DNA from: a virus
Strand: one strand, 5' to 3'
DNA: 64,000 nt
Virus record (IMG/VR): IMGVR_UViG_3300013103_000005
Coordinates: 1-64,000 of that record
Part shown: in pieces, positions 39,127-48,577 of the stretch
Layout: each line of letters begins with the position of its first letter
Numbering within the stretch: the stretch's first letter is position 1
Program-made: the position numbers and the translations under genes
The notes under the pieces: model-generated
What the model saw: only the letters and a program-made list of their open reading frames with translations
What the model was told of the DNA's origin: nothing
Database searches by the model: none

Positions 39127-40878
39127 ATGAGTAAAACAAAACGAAAATGGATTATTTTGGATTATACTAACCCAGACGCCCTAAGGGCGGAGGATATCCC
39201 TTACGATGCCTCTCAGTCGATGAGGGCGAGATTTGATTCTCATTTAACTTCAGATGACCACACCCAGTATCTACTTGCAAATGGAAGCAGGCAGTTAACT
39301 GGAGACTGGGATATTGGAGATGGTAGAAGCATATTAGCAGACAAAATCAGGGCAAGAGATGGGGATGGGTTAGCACTTTATGACGACGGTGGGAATGGTA
39401 TTTTTATTCAGGATGGTGGCAATGTAGGAATAGGGACAGATAGTCCGGAGTTTAAATTACAGATAAATGATGGATTGAAAACAAGAGTTATGATTCATGA
39501 GTCTTCTAATATTGTAGGACCACGGCTTGTGTTATATAGTTCTCAAACAGGAAGTGCCCCAACACTTGAACTCGGAGTGGCTACTCAAGATTACGGCAAC
39601 TATGTTCTAGCAAATTGGGCATATTTGGCAGGAAATTCACTTAATGAAGGTATTGCGATTTTAGGAAATCTTAATGACCAATTTCCTTATGGTTTATTTG
39701 TTAAAAACGGCGGCAACGTAGGAATAGGAACAAATAGCCCCGGTGAAAAATTAAGTATATATAGTAATAGCACTGATAACGATTTTTATGCTTTAGGTTT
39801 AGGTGTTGCAAGTACGAGAAGATGGAAGATATTATTAGGAGGATACAATCAGCATTCAGAATATGGAAATTATCCCCTGATAATACAAAGGGATATGGGT
39901 ACATATAGTGGGGCTTTTGTGATAGAAGGGGATAGTCCAGTAGTAGTTAGAAAATCTGGCAAGGTAGGGATAGGAACAAGTAATCCGACCAATTTATTTG
40001 ACGTCAACAAAAGTGATGGAAATGGAGTGTTTGCTGGTTTAGGCGACCTTTCCCAAACTAACCCTTTGGTTTATATAGGGGGAACGGGTTCGCATAGTTA
40101 TCTAGAAACAAGGAATAACTATGAATTATGGATTGGTGTAAACAATCATCCTGCAACTAATATACCAGAAATAGTAATAAAAACATCGGGTAATGTAGGA
40201 ATAGGGACAAATAGTACTCATTCTAAATTAACAGTAGCGGGGCATATCACCCCTTCTACGGATAACGCTTATGACATTGGAACTTCTTCATATCGTTGGG
40301 ATGATATATGGGCAACAAATGGAACAATACAAACTTGCGATGAAAGAGATAAAGATTTAATTTCAGACGCTCAATTAGGGCTAGATTTCATAAATAGATT
40401 AAGACCTGTAACTTTTAAATGGAAAGATTATTCATCTGAAGCAGTTTACGAAACTAGAACGAAGCAGAAAACCCAATTGGTAACAAAAACGAGGGAAAAA
40501 GAGATTATAGAATTAGTAGATGGTAAATATGTTAAAAAGGTAATAACTGAGGAATACCAAGAGGAAGAACCTGTATATGAAGAATATGACCTTTATGATG
40601 AAGAAGGGAATATTATTGGCAAACATAAAGTTCCTGTTATGGAAGAATACCAAGAAGAAGTTCAGCCTGCGATTTCCAGGACTTATATAAGAAAGCATTA
40701 TGGATTGGTCGCCCAAGAAGTAAAACAAGTATTAGATGAGTTAGGGATAGATACTGAAGACTTTGCCCCTTTAATAATAGATGAAGAAACAGGAAAGTAC
40801 GGGTTGAGGTATCAAGAATTGATTCCGATTTTAATTAAAGCTATTCAAGAACTTTATCAAATGATTAACAATAATTAG
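39127..40878 (+). CDS. Tail fibre with C-terminal intramolecular chaperone (Peptidase S74-like)
   Basis: Four GNVGIGT-type repeats; GTIQTCDER.K, L.PV.F.W, GLVAQEV and LRY.ELIP.LIKAIQEL motifs. Confidence 0.85.
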   Translation: MSKTKRKWIILDYTNPDALRAEDIPYDASQSMRARFDSHLTSDDHTQYLLANGSRQLTGDWDIGDGRSILADKIRARDGDGLALYDDGGNGIFIQDGGNVGIGTDSPEFKLQINDGLKTRVMIHESSNIVGPRLVLYSSQTGSAPTLELGVATQDYGNYVLANWAYLAGNSLNEGIAILGNLNDQFPYGLFVKNGGNVGIGTNSPGEKLSIYSNSTDNDFYALGLGVASTRRWKILLGGYNQHSEYGNYPLIIQRDMGTYSGAFVIEGDSPVVVRKSGKVGIGTSNPTNLFDVNKSDGNGVFAGLGDLSQTNPLVYIGGTGSHSYLETRNNYELWIGVNNHPATNIPEIVIKTSGNVGIGTNSTHSKLTVAGHITPSTDNAYDIGTSSYRWDDIWATNGTIQTCDERDKDLISDAQLGLDFINRLRPVTFKWKDYSSEAVYETRTKQKTQLVTKTREKEIIELVDGKYVKKVITEEYQEEEPVYEEYDLYDEEGNIIGKHKVPVMEEYQEEVQPAISRTYIRKHYGLVAQEVKQVLDELGIDTEDFAPLIIDEETGKYGLRYQELIPILIKAIQELYQMINNN

Positions 40879-40898
40879 TATTGGGAAGGAGGAGAATT

Positions 40899-41093
40899 AT
40901 GATTAAATTAGGATTTGAGGAAAATGAATTGAGAACATTAATTTCCTTTTTGGATAGGGTTACTGTAACAGGAATAAGGGAAAATATTGCCTATATGAAC
41001 CTTATTCAAAAATTAGAATCCGTTTTAGTTGCTAAAGAAGATAATGATAAGGAGGATAAGAATGAAACTAAAGATAGGAAAAATGATAGGTGA
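40899..41093 (+). CDS. Small hypothetical protein
   Basis: ATG 40899 follows GGAGGAG. Confidence 0.5.
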   Translation: MIKLGFEENELRTLISFLDRVTVTGIRENIAYMNLIQKLESVLVAKEDNDKEDKNETKDRKNDR

Positions 41094-41271
41094 TTGGGGA
41101 AAACGTGTTATAGGCGAAGCTATAAGTAGTAAGAAAACATTAGCTACTTGCGGGGCTATTGTTTTTCTTACCCAAGTGAATCAAAAATACGCTTTGATAG
41201 CTTTTGTAGTTTGGATGGTTTGTCAGACAGCTATTGATGTTTCTAAAATTTTAAAGGGTAAGAAAGAGTGA
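41062..41271 (+). CDS. Putative holin-like membrane protein
   Basis: SKK followed by two hydrophobic segments and a basic C-terminus; ATG follows AAGGAGG. Confidence 0.5.
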   Translation: MKLKIGKMIGDWGKRVIGEAISSKKTLATCGAIVFLTQVNQKYALIAFVVWMVCQTAIDVSKILKGKKE

Positions 41272-41768
41272 AAGAACTTTTTCTTTTGAAGGAACAATTA
41301 GCGACTTTAACAGAAGCTATTAAAAATTTTAAGGAAGAAGCGAGAAAGGAATATGAGCAGATAAGGGCTCTGCAGAGGGAGGTATCTTCTCTTTCTGCAG
41401 AGCTTAACTTTTTGAAGACGAGAATACAAGACCATAGGGAAGATATAAGCAAGGCGTTATTTAAGATTGCGGATAATGAAAAATATTTAGAAGGACTTAA
41501 AGTTTCTGTCGATAATATTCAAAAAAGTTTAACAAATCTTTGGGACGAGTTTAGAAATTGTCAGAATAGAATGAAGGAATCAATGATAAAGGAATTGAGG
41601 GAAGAAAGGCAAAGGGCATTAGACGAAAAGAAAGAATTTAAATTTTGGTCTTTAGAATACAGATGGAAAGTTATTGGAGCATTGATAGGGATAGCTGGTG
41701 TATTAGTCCCTATTGGATTGTATTTTTTTGATTTAATGATTAAATTTATTTTTAAACATTGGAGGTAG
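41268..41768 (+). CDS. Coiled-coil protein with a C-terminal transmembrane helix
   Basis: Heptad pattern; VIGALIGIAGVLVPIGLYFF. Confidence 0.55.
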   Translation: MKELFLLKEQLATLTEAIKNFKEEARKEYEQIRALQREVSSLSAELNFLKTRIQDHREDISKALFKIADNEKYLEGLKVSVDNIQKSLTNLWDEFRNCQNRMKESMIKELREERQRALDEKKEFKFWSLEYRWKVIGALIGIAGVLVPIGLYFFDLMIKFIFKHWR

Positions 41769-41774
41769 TTAAAA

Positions 41775-42224
41775 ATGGAAGGGGAAAAAAGAAATATTTT
41801 ATTGATAGAAGACGATCCTACTTATGGAAAAATAATTAAAGATTATTTAAATTCGAAAGGATTTAATTTAATATGGGCGGATACAGGAGAAGAAGGTCTT
41901 CAAGAAGTTTCTAAATGGAATGGACTTTTAGATTTGATTATCGTTGATATGGAATTGCCGGGGATGGATGGGGCAGAAGTAATTAGATGGGTTAGAAAGT
42001 TAGGTTATGGTGTCCCGATTATCATTTTAACGGGAAGCTCAGATATTGATTTAGAAAGCTTTTCAGAGTTTGACGTTTACGATGTTTTAGAAAAGCCTAA
42101 AGCGCCAGAAGAAATAGAAGAAATAATCGTAAATTGTTTTGAACAAATTAAAAATTTATCAAAAACTATTTCGCAAGCTTTAGAGGATTTAAAGGAGTTG
42201 TTATGCGAAATAAAGTCCTCTTAA
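41775..42224 (+). CDS. Stand-alone response-regulator receiver (CheY-like)
   Basis: ILLIEDD, DLIIVDMELPGMDG, PIIILTG and KP: the acidic pocket, phospho-Asp, Thr and Lys are all present. Confidence 0.9.
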   Translation: MEGEKRNILLIEDDPTYGKIIKDYLNSKGFNLIWADTGEEGLQEVSKWNGLLDLIIVDMELPGMDGAEVIRWVRKLGYGVPIIILTGSSDIDLESFSEFDVYDVLEKPKAPEEIEEIIVNCFEQIKNLSKTISQALEDLKELLCEIKSS

Positions 42225-43000
42225 TTATCTTGATTTTCTTTATTCAGGGTTGTTCCTTTATAGAGGTAAGGAAAACTTATTATCGTAAAGATTATGGGAG
42301 AAAGCCCCAAGAAAAAGAATTATCTTTTACTTCAAAAAGGGCTTTAGCGACTGGCGCTACTTTGAATAATATGACAGCTGCCAAGGTTTATTATCAAGGA
42401 ACAGAACCTCAGAGTAAAGAAGCTAAAATTCTTTACGATATGTCTTATAGATTTATGAGTTTAGCTGGGGTTAAAGCTGATTTTGACCCTTCCGACCCTG
42501 AAAGCGTTGCTAAAATATTCGAAGAAGCAGATAGGGCTTTAGAAGAGAAAGAAAGGATTATACATCAACTTAAAGAAGATGTTAAAAGATATTTACAAGA
42601 AAAGGAGAAAATTGTTAGGGATAAAGAAGCAGAATTACAAGCTTTAAATAACAAATGGCAAGTAAAATTAGGAAATTTATGGTTTTGGATTTGGGTGATT
42701 ATTATAGGTTTTATCGCCTTAATTATCTTTTGCCCTGCGATAGGCATTCCTTTATTAAGCAGAACAGTAGGATTAACTTTGAAAGCTGGCAAGAATACGA
42801 TGAAAGCAATTGAAGCTATTAGGGATAAATGGAAAGAAGAAGAAAGATTAGCAAAAGAAAGAGGGGATATGAAAAGATACGAACAAATAAGAAAGGTAAG
42901 GGAAGAATTAGAATCTGAATTACATAAAGCACAATCAGAAGAAGAAAAATTACATATAAAGAAATTGAAAGCTAAAGGGGTGATTAAGAATGATTCTTAG
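42203..43000 (+). CDS. Lipoprotein with an internal transmembrane helix (spanin-like)
   Basis: Lipobox FIQG-C after a hydrophobic signal; coiled coil; LWFWIWVIIIGFIALIIF. Confidence 0.5.
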   Translation: MRNKVLLIILIFFIQGCSFIEVRKTYYRKDYGRKPQEKELSFTSKRALATGATLNNMTAAKVYYQGTEPQSKEAKILYDMSYRFMSLAGVKADFDPSDPESVAKIFEEADRALEEKERIIHQLKEDVKRYLQEKEKIVRDKEAELQALNNKWQVKLGNLWFWIWVIIIGFIALIIFCPAIGIPLLSRTVGLTLKAGKNTMKAIEAIRDKWKEEERLAKERGDMKRYEQIRKVREELESELHKAQSEEEKLHIKKLKAKGVIKNDS

Positions 43001-43544
43001 GTTTTTATTAAAATATGCAGTGAATTTAGGGATGGTTTTTACTAGATGGATAGGAAGGAAATTAGATTCCTTAGAAGTTTCGAAAGTTGATTTAGACCGA
43101 GCTTTAGTTGAAATGGAATGGGTTAAAGAGAATATAAAACAACCTATAGAACTAGAAGAATATTTTAGAGATAATAATTGGAAGTGGGAATCTGACCCTT
43201 TAAGTGGATTTTTGGATTATGTATCTGATGTAGAAATTACTTTTGCTAAGAAAGCTGGGGATTGTGATGACCTTGCAGAAGTTTGGAAATGGAAATTTCC
43301 ATTTTTAAAGAAGTATGCAGTAGTTCCTTTAAATCCTTTTAAAGAAGCAGGTCATGTAATAGCAGTAGGGAAAGTTTCTCCAACCAGGATTTTAGTATGT
43401 TCTAACTTAAAAATTTTAGCTTGGGTGGAAAAAGATAACGAGATAGAAGCGATTAGGGAAGTTTACAAAGATAGTAAAAGAGAAATTAAATGGATTTTTG
43501 AATTTAATGATAAGAATTTTGTAAGGAGGGTTTATGCCTTCTAA
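42990..43544 (+). CDS. Transglutaminase/papain-like cysteine hydrolase
   Basis: GDCDDLA and GHVIAV motifs. Confidence 0.6.
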   Translation: MILRFLLKYAVNLGMVFTRWIGRKLDSLEVSKVDLDRALVEMEWVKENIKQPIELEEYFRDNNWKWESDPLSGFLDYVSDVEITFAKKAGDCDDLAEVWKWKFPFLKKYAVVPLNPFKEAGHVIAVGKVSPTRILVCSNLKILAWVEKDNEIEAIREVYKDSKREIKWIFEFNDKNFVRRVYAF

Positions 43545-45684
43545 AGAGTTTAACGCGTTAAACTTTTCCGCTTCTGGGGCAAATTTTCATAAAACAATAT
43601 TGACTAGTAGTGGGGTAAAATTAGCTCCTTTTATTCCTTTGAGGAATAGATTTTATTATGGAACATATACGACCCCGCCATTCTTCATTGGAAATAATGG
43701 CGGGAGAATAGATAAAATATCTTGGCAAGGAAACATTCCCCCTAATACTAACGTCCAAGCAGAAGTTCAATTCGGTCCCGATGATGGATTGTCTAATAAT
43801 TTTGCTAATTGGGGAGATTGGCAGCCCTTACTTACTCAAATAGATGGGTTTAATGAGTCTGCTGGAACTTTATTAGATAATGAAACTGTTTTATTATTGC
43901 ATTTTAATATAGAGACCTCGCCGACGGAAATAAAAGATTCATCCCCTAAAGGTCATATAGTACAAATCTTTAGAAATGTTTATTTGGTAAATACACCTTC
44001 TAAATTCGGAGATTCTGCTTATTTTAGCGGTGCGGGTTGTTTAAAAATCGCTGATTGTCCTGATTGGGATTTTGGAGGCGAGGATTTTACGATAGATTTT
44101 TGGATTAAGAGAAATAGGTTAACTCAAAGGGAGCTATTGGCGGGACAGACTAATAGTTTGGGTAATAGAAACGCTACTTCAGTATGGATTGAAATTTCGG
44201 CAACGGATCAATTAATCGTTTGGGTTTGTGAATCTACTAAACGATACGGGGGCGTTTTTGGAACTATTAGGGATTATAATTGGCATCATATTGCTGTAGT
44301 AAGAAACGGAAATAATCTATACGGGTTTGTAGACGGGATTTTGCGAAATACGTTTAATGTTACTAATGTTGTCGTTAATAATGTTAATAGTAATTTTGCT
44401 ATCGGGTGTGTAGGGGATAGGAATACTTATTTTTTCAACGGATGGATGGACGAATTTAGGATAAGCAAAGGAATCGCAAGATGGACTAGGGATTTTATTC
44501 CCCCGTCTAAGGAGTATCATATTGAGACTTACGGGGTAGACGATAAAACTAAGTTATTGTTACATTTTAATGCAGAAGGAGCTAATATTATAGATTCTTC
44601 TTTTTCAAACCACATCGTAGAGGTTTATGGTGATGTTATTCAAGTTACGAATCCGAGTAAATTTGGAAAGGCTTGTTTTTTTGATGGGAATGGCGATTAT
44701 TTACAAATAGCTAATAGCCCTGATTGGGAATTCGGTTTAGAGGATTTTACTATAGATTTTTGGATTTATATTAATTCCTTTTCCGCAAGGGATATGGTAG
44801 TCGTAACTTATTTTGATACTTTTCCAGAATGGTGGGTCGCGGTTCGCCAGAATGGCGATGGATGGAATGTTTGGCTTAATGGAGGGACAAATATTAATGA
44901 TCCTTTGACTACTGGGGTTTGGTATCACGTTGCTTTAGTTCGTTGCTCTGATACTATTTATTTCTTCAGGGATGGAGAATTAAAGGCTAGTTGGTATTCT
45001 GTTAATAACGATTTGTCGGGTAGGCAGTTTCTTAGAATAGGAAGGGCTTACGATTCAGGGAGTCACGATTTAGATGCTGTTATTGATGAATTAAGGATAA
45101 GCAAAGGGATTGCTAGATGGGTTTCTAATTTTATTCCTCCTAGTCAGGAATATCATCAAGGTTTAGGGATAATGAGTTGGAATAGGAGTTCAGAAAAATT
45201 AGGAATTATTAGGGATGCTAGCGAAAAAGTGGAAGGTACTTCTTCAATGAAGTTAGAGGTTTCTAAAGGTTCGTTGAGAACTTATGTTTACCGAGAATTT
45301 GGTGCTGGTATTTCTTTGCAAAACGCTAAATATATTTCTTTTTATGTTAAGTCAGAAGAGATAGGTATCCCTTTAATTTTACATATAGATTCAGTCAATT
45401 CGGGAATTTCTACTGTATACCCAAAAGCCTTTCCTATAAGGGTAATTGAGAAAAATGTTTGGAGAGAATATAGGTTCGATTTATCTTCCATTCCTGATAC
45501 AGACGACCTTAAAAATCCTTCTGTAGGTTTAAGATACATAGCCTTCGAGATAAATTCGGATTCAAAGTTTGGTATTTGGATTGATGATATTAGGATTGGG
45601 AATTATATAATAAATAATGAGGCATTATCTATTTCTGGGGATAAGTATTGTAGGGTAAGATTAACATTATCAAGGAGTCATTAA
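43534..45684 (+). CDS. Virion adhesin with two LamG/ConA-like domains and a C-terminal CBM-like domain
   Basis: Two copies of LLLHFN..DSS...SKFG...DFTIDFWI...W.H.A.VR...DE.RISKGIARW. Confidence 0.75.
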   Translation: MPSKEFNALNFSASGANFHKTILTSSGVKLAPFIPLRNRFYYGTYTTPPFFIGNNGGRIDKISWQGNIPPNTNVQAEVQFGPDDGLSNNFANWGDWQPLLTQIDGFNESAGTLLDNETVLLLHFNIETSPTEIKDSSPKGHIVQIFRNVYLVNTPSKFGDSAYFSGAGCLKIADCPDWDFGGEDFTIDFWIKRNRLTQRELLAGQTNSLGNRNATSVWIEISATDQLIVWVCESTKRYGGVFGTIRDYNWHHIAVVRNGNNLYGFVDGILRNTFNVTNVVVNNVNSNFAIGCVGDRNTYFFNGWMDEFRISKGIARWTRDFIPPSKEYHIETYGVDDKTKLLLHFNAEGANIIDSSFSNHIVEVYGDVIQVTNPSKFGKACFFDGNGDYLQIANSPDWEFGLEDFTIDFWIYINSFSARDMVVVTYFDTFPEWWVAVRQNGDGWNVWLNGGTNINDPLTTGVWYHVALVRCSDTIYFFRDGELKASWYSVNNDLSGRQFLRIGRAYDSGSHDLDAVIDELRISKGIARWVSNFIPPSQEYHQGLGIMSWNRSSEKLGIIRDASEKVEGTSSMKLEVSKGSLRTYVYREFGAGISLQNAKYISFYVKSEEIGIPLILHIDSVNSGISTVYPKAFPIRVIEKNVWREYRFDLSSIPDTDDLKNPSVGLRYIAFEINSDSKFGIWIDDIRIGNYIINNEALSISGDKYCRVRLTLSRSH
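43545..43566. repeat. Palindrome copy 18 (CGCG), in codons 4-11 of 43534..45684
   Basis: AGAGTTTAACGCGTTAAACTTT, read as EFNALNF. Confidence 0.9.
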
Positions 45685-45685
45685 A

Positions 45686-46246
45686 ATGAAATTCGTGGAT
45701 AATTATAAGATAAATACTGAGTATTTTACTATTAAAAAGAAAAATTCAAATGAAGATAAATTTCCATTAGTTATTGGGGAAGTTTTCATAATTTCTAAAA
45801 AGGGGATTATTAAAAAGGAATTTAAATTACCAAATAAAATTCTAAACGGTGCGGGTTTAATGTTAGCACAGTTTTGTCAAAACGAAACTTTAAGCGGGTT
45901 GACTTATATAGCGGTAGGAACAGGAGACCCTAGTTGGGGAGATAATCCACCAGAACCAGATGTAACTCAAACGGAATTAGTAGCAGAGATTTATAGAAAG
46001 CCTATAATGGTTAGAAGATATTTGGATGAAAGTTTTAATACTGTTCCTGGTCCGACTCGTATAATAGAAGTGGAGGTAACTTTTATGGAACACGAAGCTA
46101 ACGGGCCTTGGAGAGAAATGGGATTGTTTGGAGGAAACGCCACCGCCGATTTAAATTCGGGTTATTTGTTTGCAGCTAGAAATTTTAAGGTTAAAAATAA
46201 AGAGGATGATGAGCAAGTTTCGATAGCTTGGAGATTATATTTCTGA
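45686..46246 (+). CDS. Tail collar/fibre attachment protein
   Basis: YIAVGTG..T.L..E.YR...EANG..REMGLFGG motifs. Confidence 0.6.
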   Translation: MKFVDNYKINTEYFTIKKKNSNEDKFPLVIGEVFIISKKGIIKKEFKLPNKILNGAGLMLAQFCQNETLSGLTYIAVGTGDPSWGDNPPEPDVTQTELVAEIYRKPIMVRRYLDESFNTVPGPTRIIEVEVTFMEHEANGPWREMGLFGGNATADLNSGYLFAARNFKVKNKEDDEQVSIAWRLYF

Positions 46247-46266
46247 AGTTTAACGCGTTAAACTTT
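46245..46266. repeat. Palindrome copy 19 (CGCG)
   Basis: At the boundary of the structural and replication modules. Confidence 0.95.
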
Positions 46267-46288
46267 TGATTGGAATTGGGATTTAAAA

Positions 46289-47992
46289 ATGTGTATTAAG
46301 ATTGTTCATAAAAAGGATAAATTCTTTACTGTTTGGGAATATCTTAATGAGCCTTATTTAATTCGCCTTCCTAACGAAACTTTAATCCACTTCGATTTTA
46401 TTCCTTCCTTAAAAGCTAAATATAAAATAGAAATCTTTCCTTTTGAAAAGTATAATCAATTACGACACGAAAGAAAGTTTAGACTATCTTTAAAAGAAAA
46501 CCCCGATAAAACTTTTTCTGAATTTTTTGTCAAAGAAAAGCAACCTTTGCATTATCAGCTAATTGGAATGAATTTTATTTATAACGCCAAATCTGTTCTG
46601 TTAGCTGATGATGTAGGATTAGGTAAGACTTTGCAAAGTATAGGAGCTTTAATAAGGTCTGTAATAGAGAATAAAATTGATATAGGGATTATTTTTTGTC
46701 CAAATACGCTTAAATTTCAATGGGAACAAGAGTTTGAGAATTCTTTAATCAAAGAAGTTTTAAGAAAGATTAGAATATTTAGAATTAGGGGAGAAAAAGG
46801 ATTAAGGAATAAGTTTTATTCAATGGTTTTAAAGTGTAAAAAAGTGCCAGTTTTATTATTGAATTATGAATTATTTTTGAGAGATTATATTAAAATAAAT
46901 CAAGTATTAAAGAAGTTTAAAAGAAGATTTGTAATTTGCGACGAAGCTTCCAGAATTAAAAATCCAAATACAAAAACTCATAAATTGATTTGTAAATTCT
47001 TTTCTAAATCTGAATATAAAGTTTGTTTAACTGCTACCCCAATAGAAAATGGGTTGGAAGATTTATATGGAATAATGAGATTGGTTGATAAAGCCTTATT
47101 CTGGTCTTATAGATTTTTTTGTAATAGATATTTACAAATCGAAGAATTTAGGAATTTTAAAACTGGAGGAATTTATAAGAAAGTTGTAGGTTATAAGAAA
47201 CTGGACGAAGTTAGGTATAGATTATCCCCATATTATCTACAAAGGACTACTAAAGATTTAGAATTAGAATTGCCCCGAATTTTAATTTCTAATTACCCAG
47301 TAGATTTAACAGAAACTCAAAAAGAAATTTACGAAAAAATAAGGTCAGATATTGATTGGGAGGATAAGAGAACGAATATTTTAGCGCAATTTATTCATTT
47401 GAGAAAAGCTTGTAATTCTCCAAATTTATTCGAAGGTTATTCGGGGAAATCTTCTAAAATAGAAGAAATTAAGATATTACTATCTTCAGAGCTTAGAAAT
47501 AAGAAAGTTATTATTTTTTCAGAGAGTAAAAAATTTATTAAAGAAATGATTAAGGAATTAAAGGATTTTAAACCTGCCTTTATTTACGGTGGGATGAAAG
47601 AGGGTGAAAGAGATATGCAATATTCGATTTTCAATAAAGGTAAAACAAGATTGCTTTTAATGACAAGTGCGGGGGAAAGAGGCTTAAATTTTCCTAGTGC
47701 TAATGTCGTAATAAATGCGGATTTACCTTATAATCCCGCTAGGTTAAAACAAAGGATAGGAAGGGCTAGGAGATTAGATTCTAAGACGAATGTTTTAACA
47801 GTTATAAATTTATATGCTAGGGATACTATTGAAGAAAGGGTGTTTGAGATTTTTCATAATAAAGCTAAACTTTTTTCTAAAATTTTTGATGATAGTTTTG
47901 ATTTGGAAAGGGTAAAAATAAATATAGAGAAGTGGGATAAAGATAAGTTGAAAAGTTTAATAGAGGGTAAAAATGGAATCGTTGATAATTAA
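46289..47992 (+). CDS. SNF2-family helicase/ATPase
   Basis: LLADDVGLGKT, DEAS.IKN, LTATPIEN and QRIGRA.R motifs. Confidence 0.9.
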   Translation: MCIKIVHKKDKFFTVWEYLNEPYLIRLPNETLIHFDFIPSLKAKYKIEIFPFEKYNQLRHERKFRLSLKENPDKTFSEFFVKEKQPLHYQLIGMNFIYNAKSVLLADDVGLGKTLQSIGALIRSVIENKIDIGIIFCPNTLKFQWEQEFENSLIKEVLRKIRIFRIRGEKGLRNKFYSMVLKCKKVPVLLLNYELFLRDYIKINQVLKKFKRRFVICDEASRIKNPNTKTHKLICKFFSKSEYKVCLTATPIENGLEDLYGIMRLVDKALFWSYRFFCNRYLQIEEFRNFKTGGIYKKVVGYKKLDEVRYRLSPYYLQRTTKDLELELPRILISNYPVDLTETQKEIYEKIRSDIDWEDKRTNILAQFIHLRKACNSPNLFEGYSGKSSKIEEIKILLSSELRNKKVIIFSESKKFIKEMIKELKDFKPAFIYGGMKEGERDMQYSIFNKGKTRLLLMTSAGERGLNFPSANVVINADLPYNPARLKQRIGRARRLDSKTNVLTVINLYARDTIEERVFEIFHNKAKLFSKIFDDSFDLERVKINIEKWDKDKLKSLIEGKNGIVDN

Positions 47993-48197
47993 CCCTAAAA
48001 GGATTTTAGTAGCAGATAAAGGCATTTTAGTGATATCTAAGGGTAGGAGTTTATTATTTAGTAATCATAGCTTAAATGTTAAAGAAGATGAGGATTTTAA
48101 TTTCATAATGGTGAATGATGAGAATTGGAAGACCTTTATGGATACTGTTTTGTCCAATAACAATGTTCCTGTAATTGATTTAAGAGAGGGTAAGTAA
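47973..48197 (+). CDS. Hypothetical protein
   Basis: SD GAGGG; coupled ORF. Confidence 0.45.
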   Translation: MESLIINPKRILVADKGILVISKGRSLLFSNHSLNVKEDEDFNFIMVNDENWKTFMDTVLSNNNVPVIDLREGK

Positions 48198-48577
48198 TGA
48201 ATTATTTGCCTACAGAAGTAAATACTATTTCTACATCTTTGAAAGGTTATGATAGCTTATCGGAATTAAAGGGAAAGCTTATAACCTTAGTTTTAGAAGG
48301 AGAATTTCCTTATAAGGTAGGGAATTCTTTGACCTATAAACACGAGAAATCTATCAACCACGGGCTATTAGTAGATATAGTTAGGGATAAAAATTGTGCT
48401 ATAATGATATTGTCTCCAAAAGACCCACTTTTGACTTTTATTTATCTCCCTAGAAATATTGAGATAGAAGTTAGACCTGTTCCCCCAGAAGTTTTGTCAG
48501 AATGGAGGAATGTTATATTAAATAATGTAGATTCAAATTACTTAACTAATCTTAAGGAGCTTCCTAGTGGAGAATAA
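48197..48577 (+). CDS. Hypothetical protein
   Basis: Coupled ORF (TAATG overlap). Confidence 0.45.
   Translation: MNYLPTEVNTISTSLKGYDSLSELKGKLITLVLEGEFPYKVGNSLTYKHEKSINHGLLVDIVRDKNCAIMILSPKDPLLTFIYLPRNIEIEVRPVPPEVLSEWRNVILNNVDSNYLTNLKELPSGE

Noticed and set aside
41524-41533. Half-sites such as AAAGTTTAAC (also near 47952)
   Set aside because: No second arm; expected by chance in AT-rich coding DNA.
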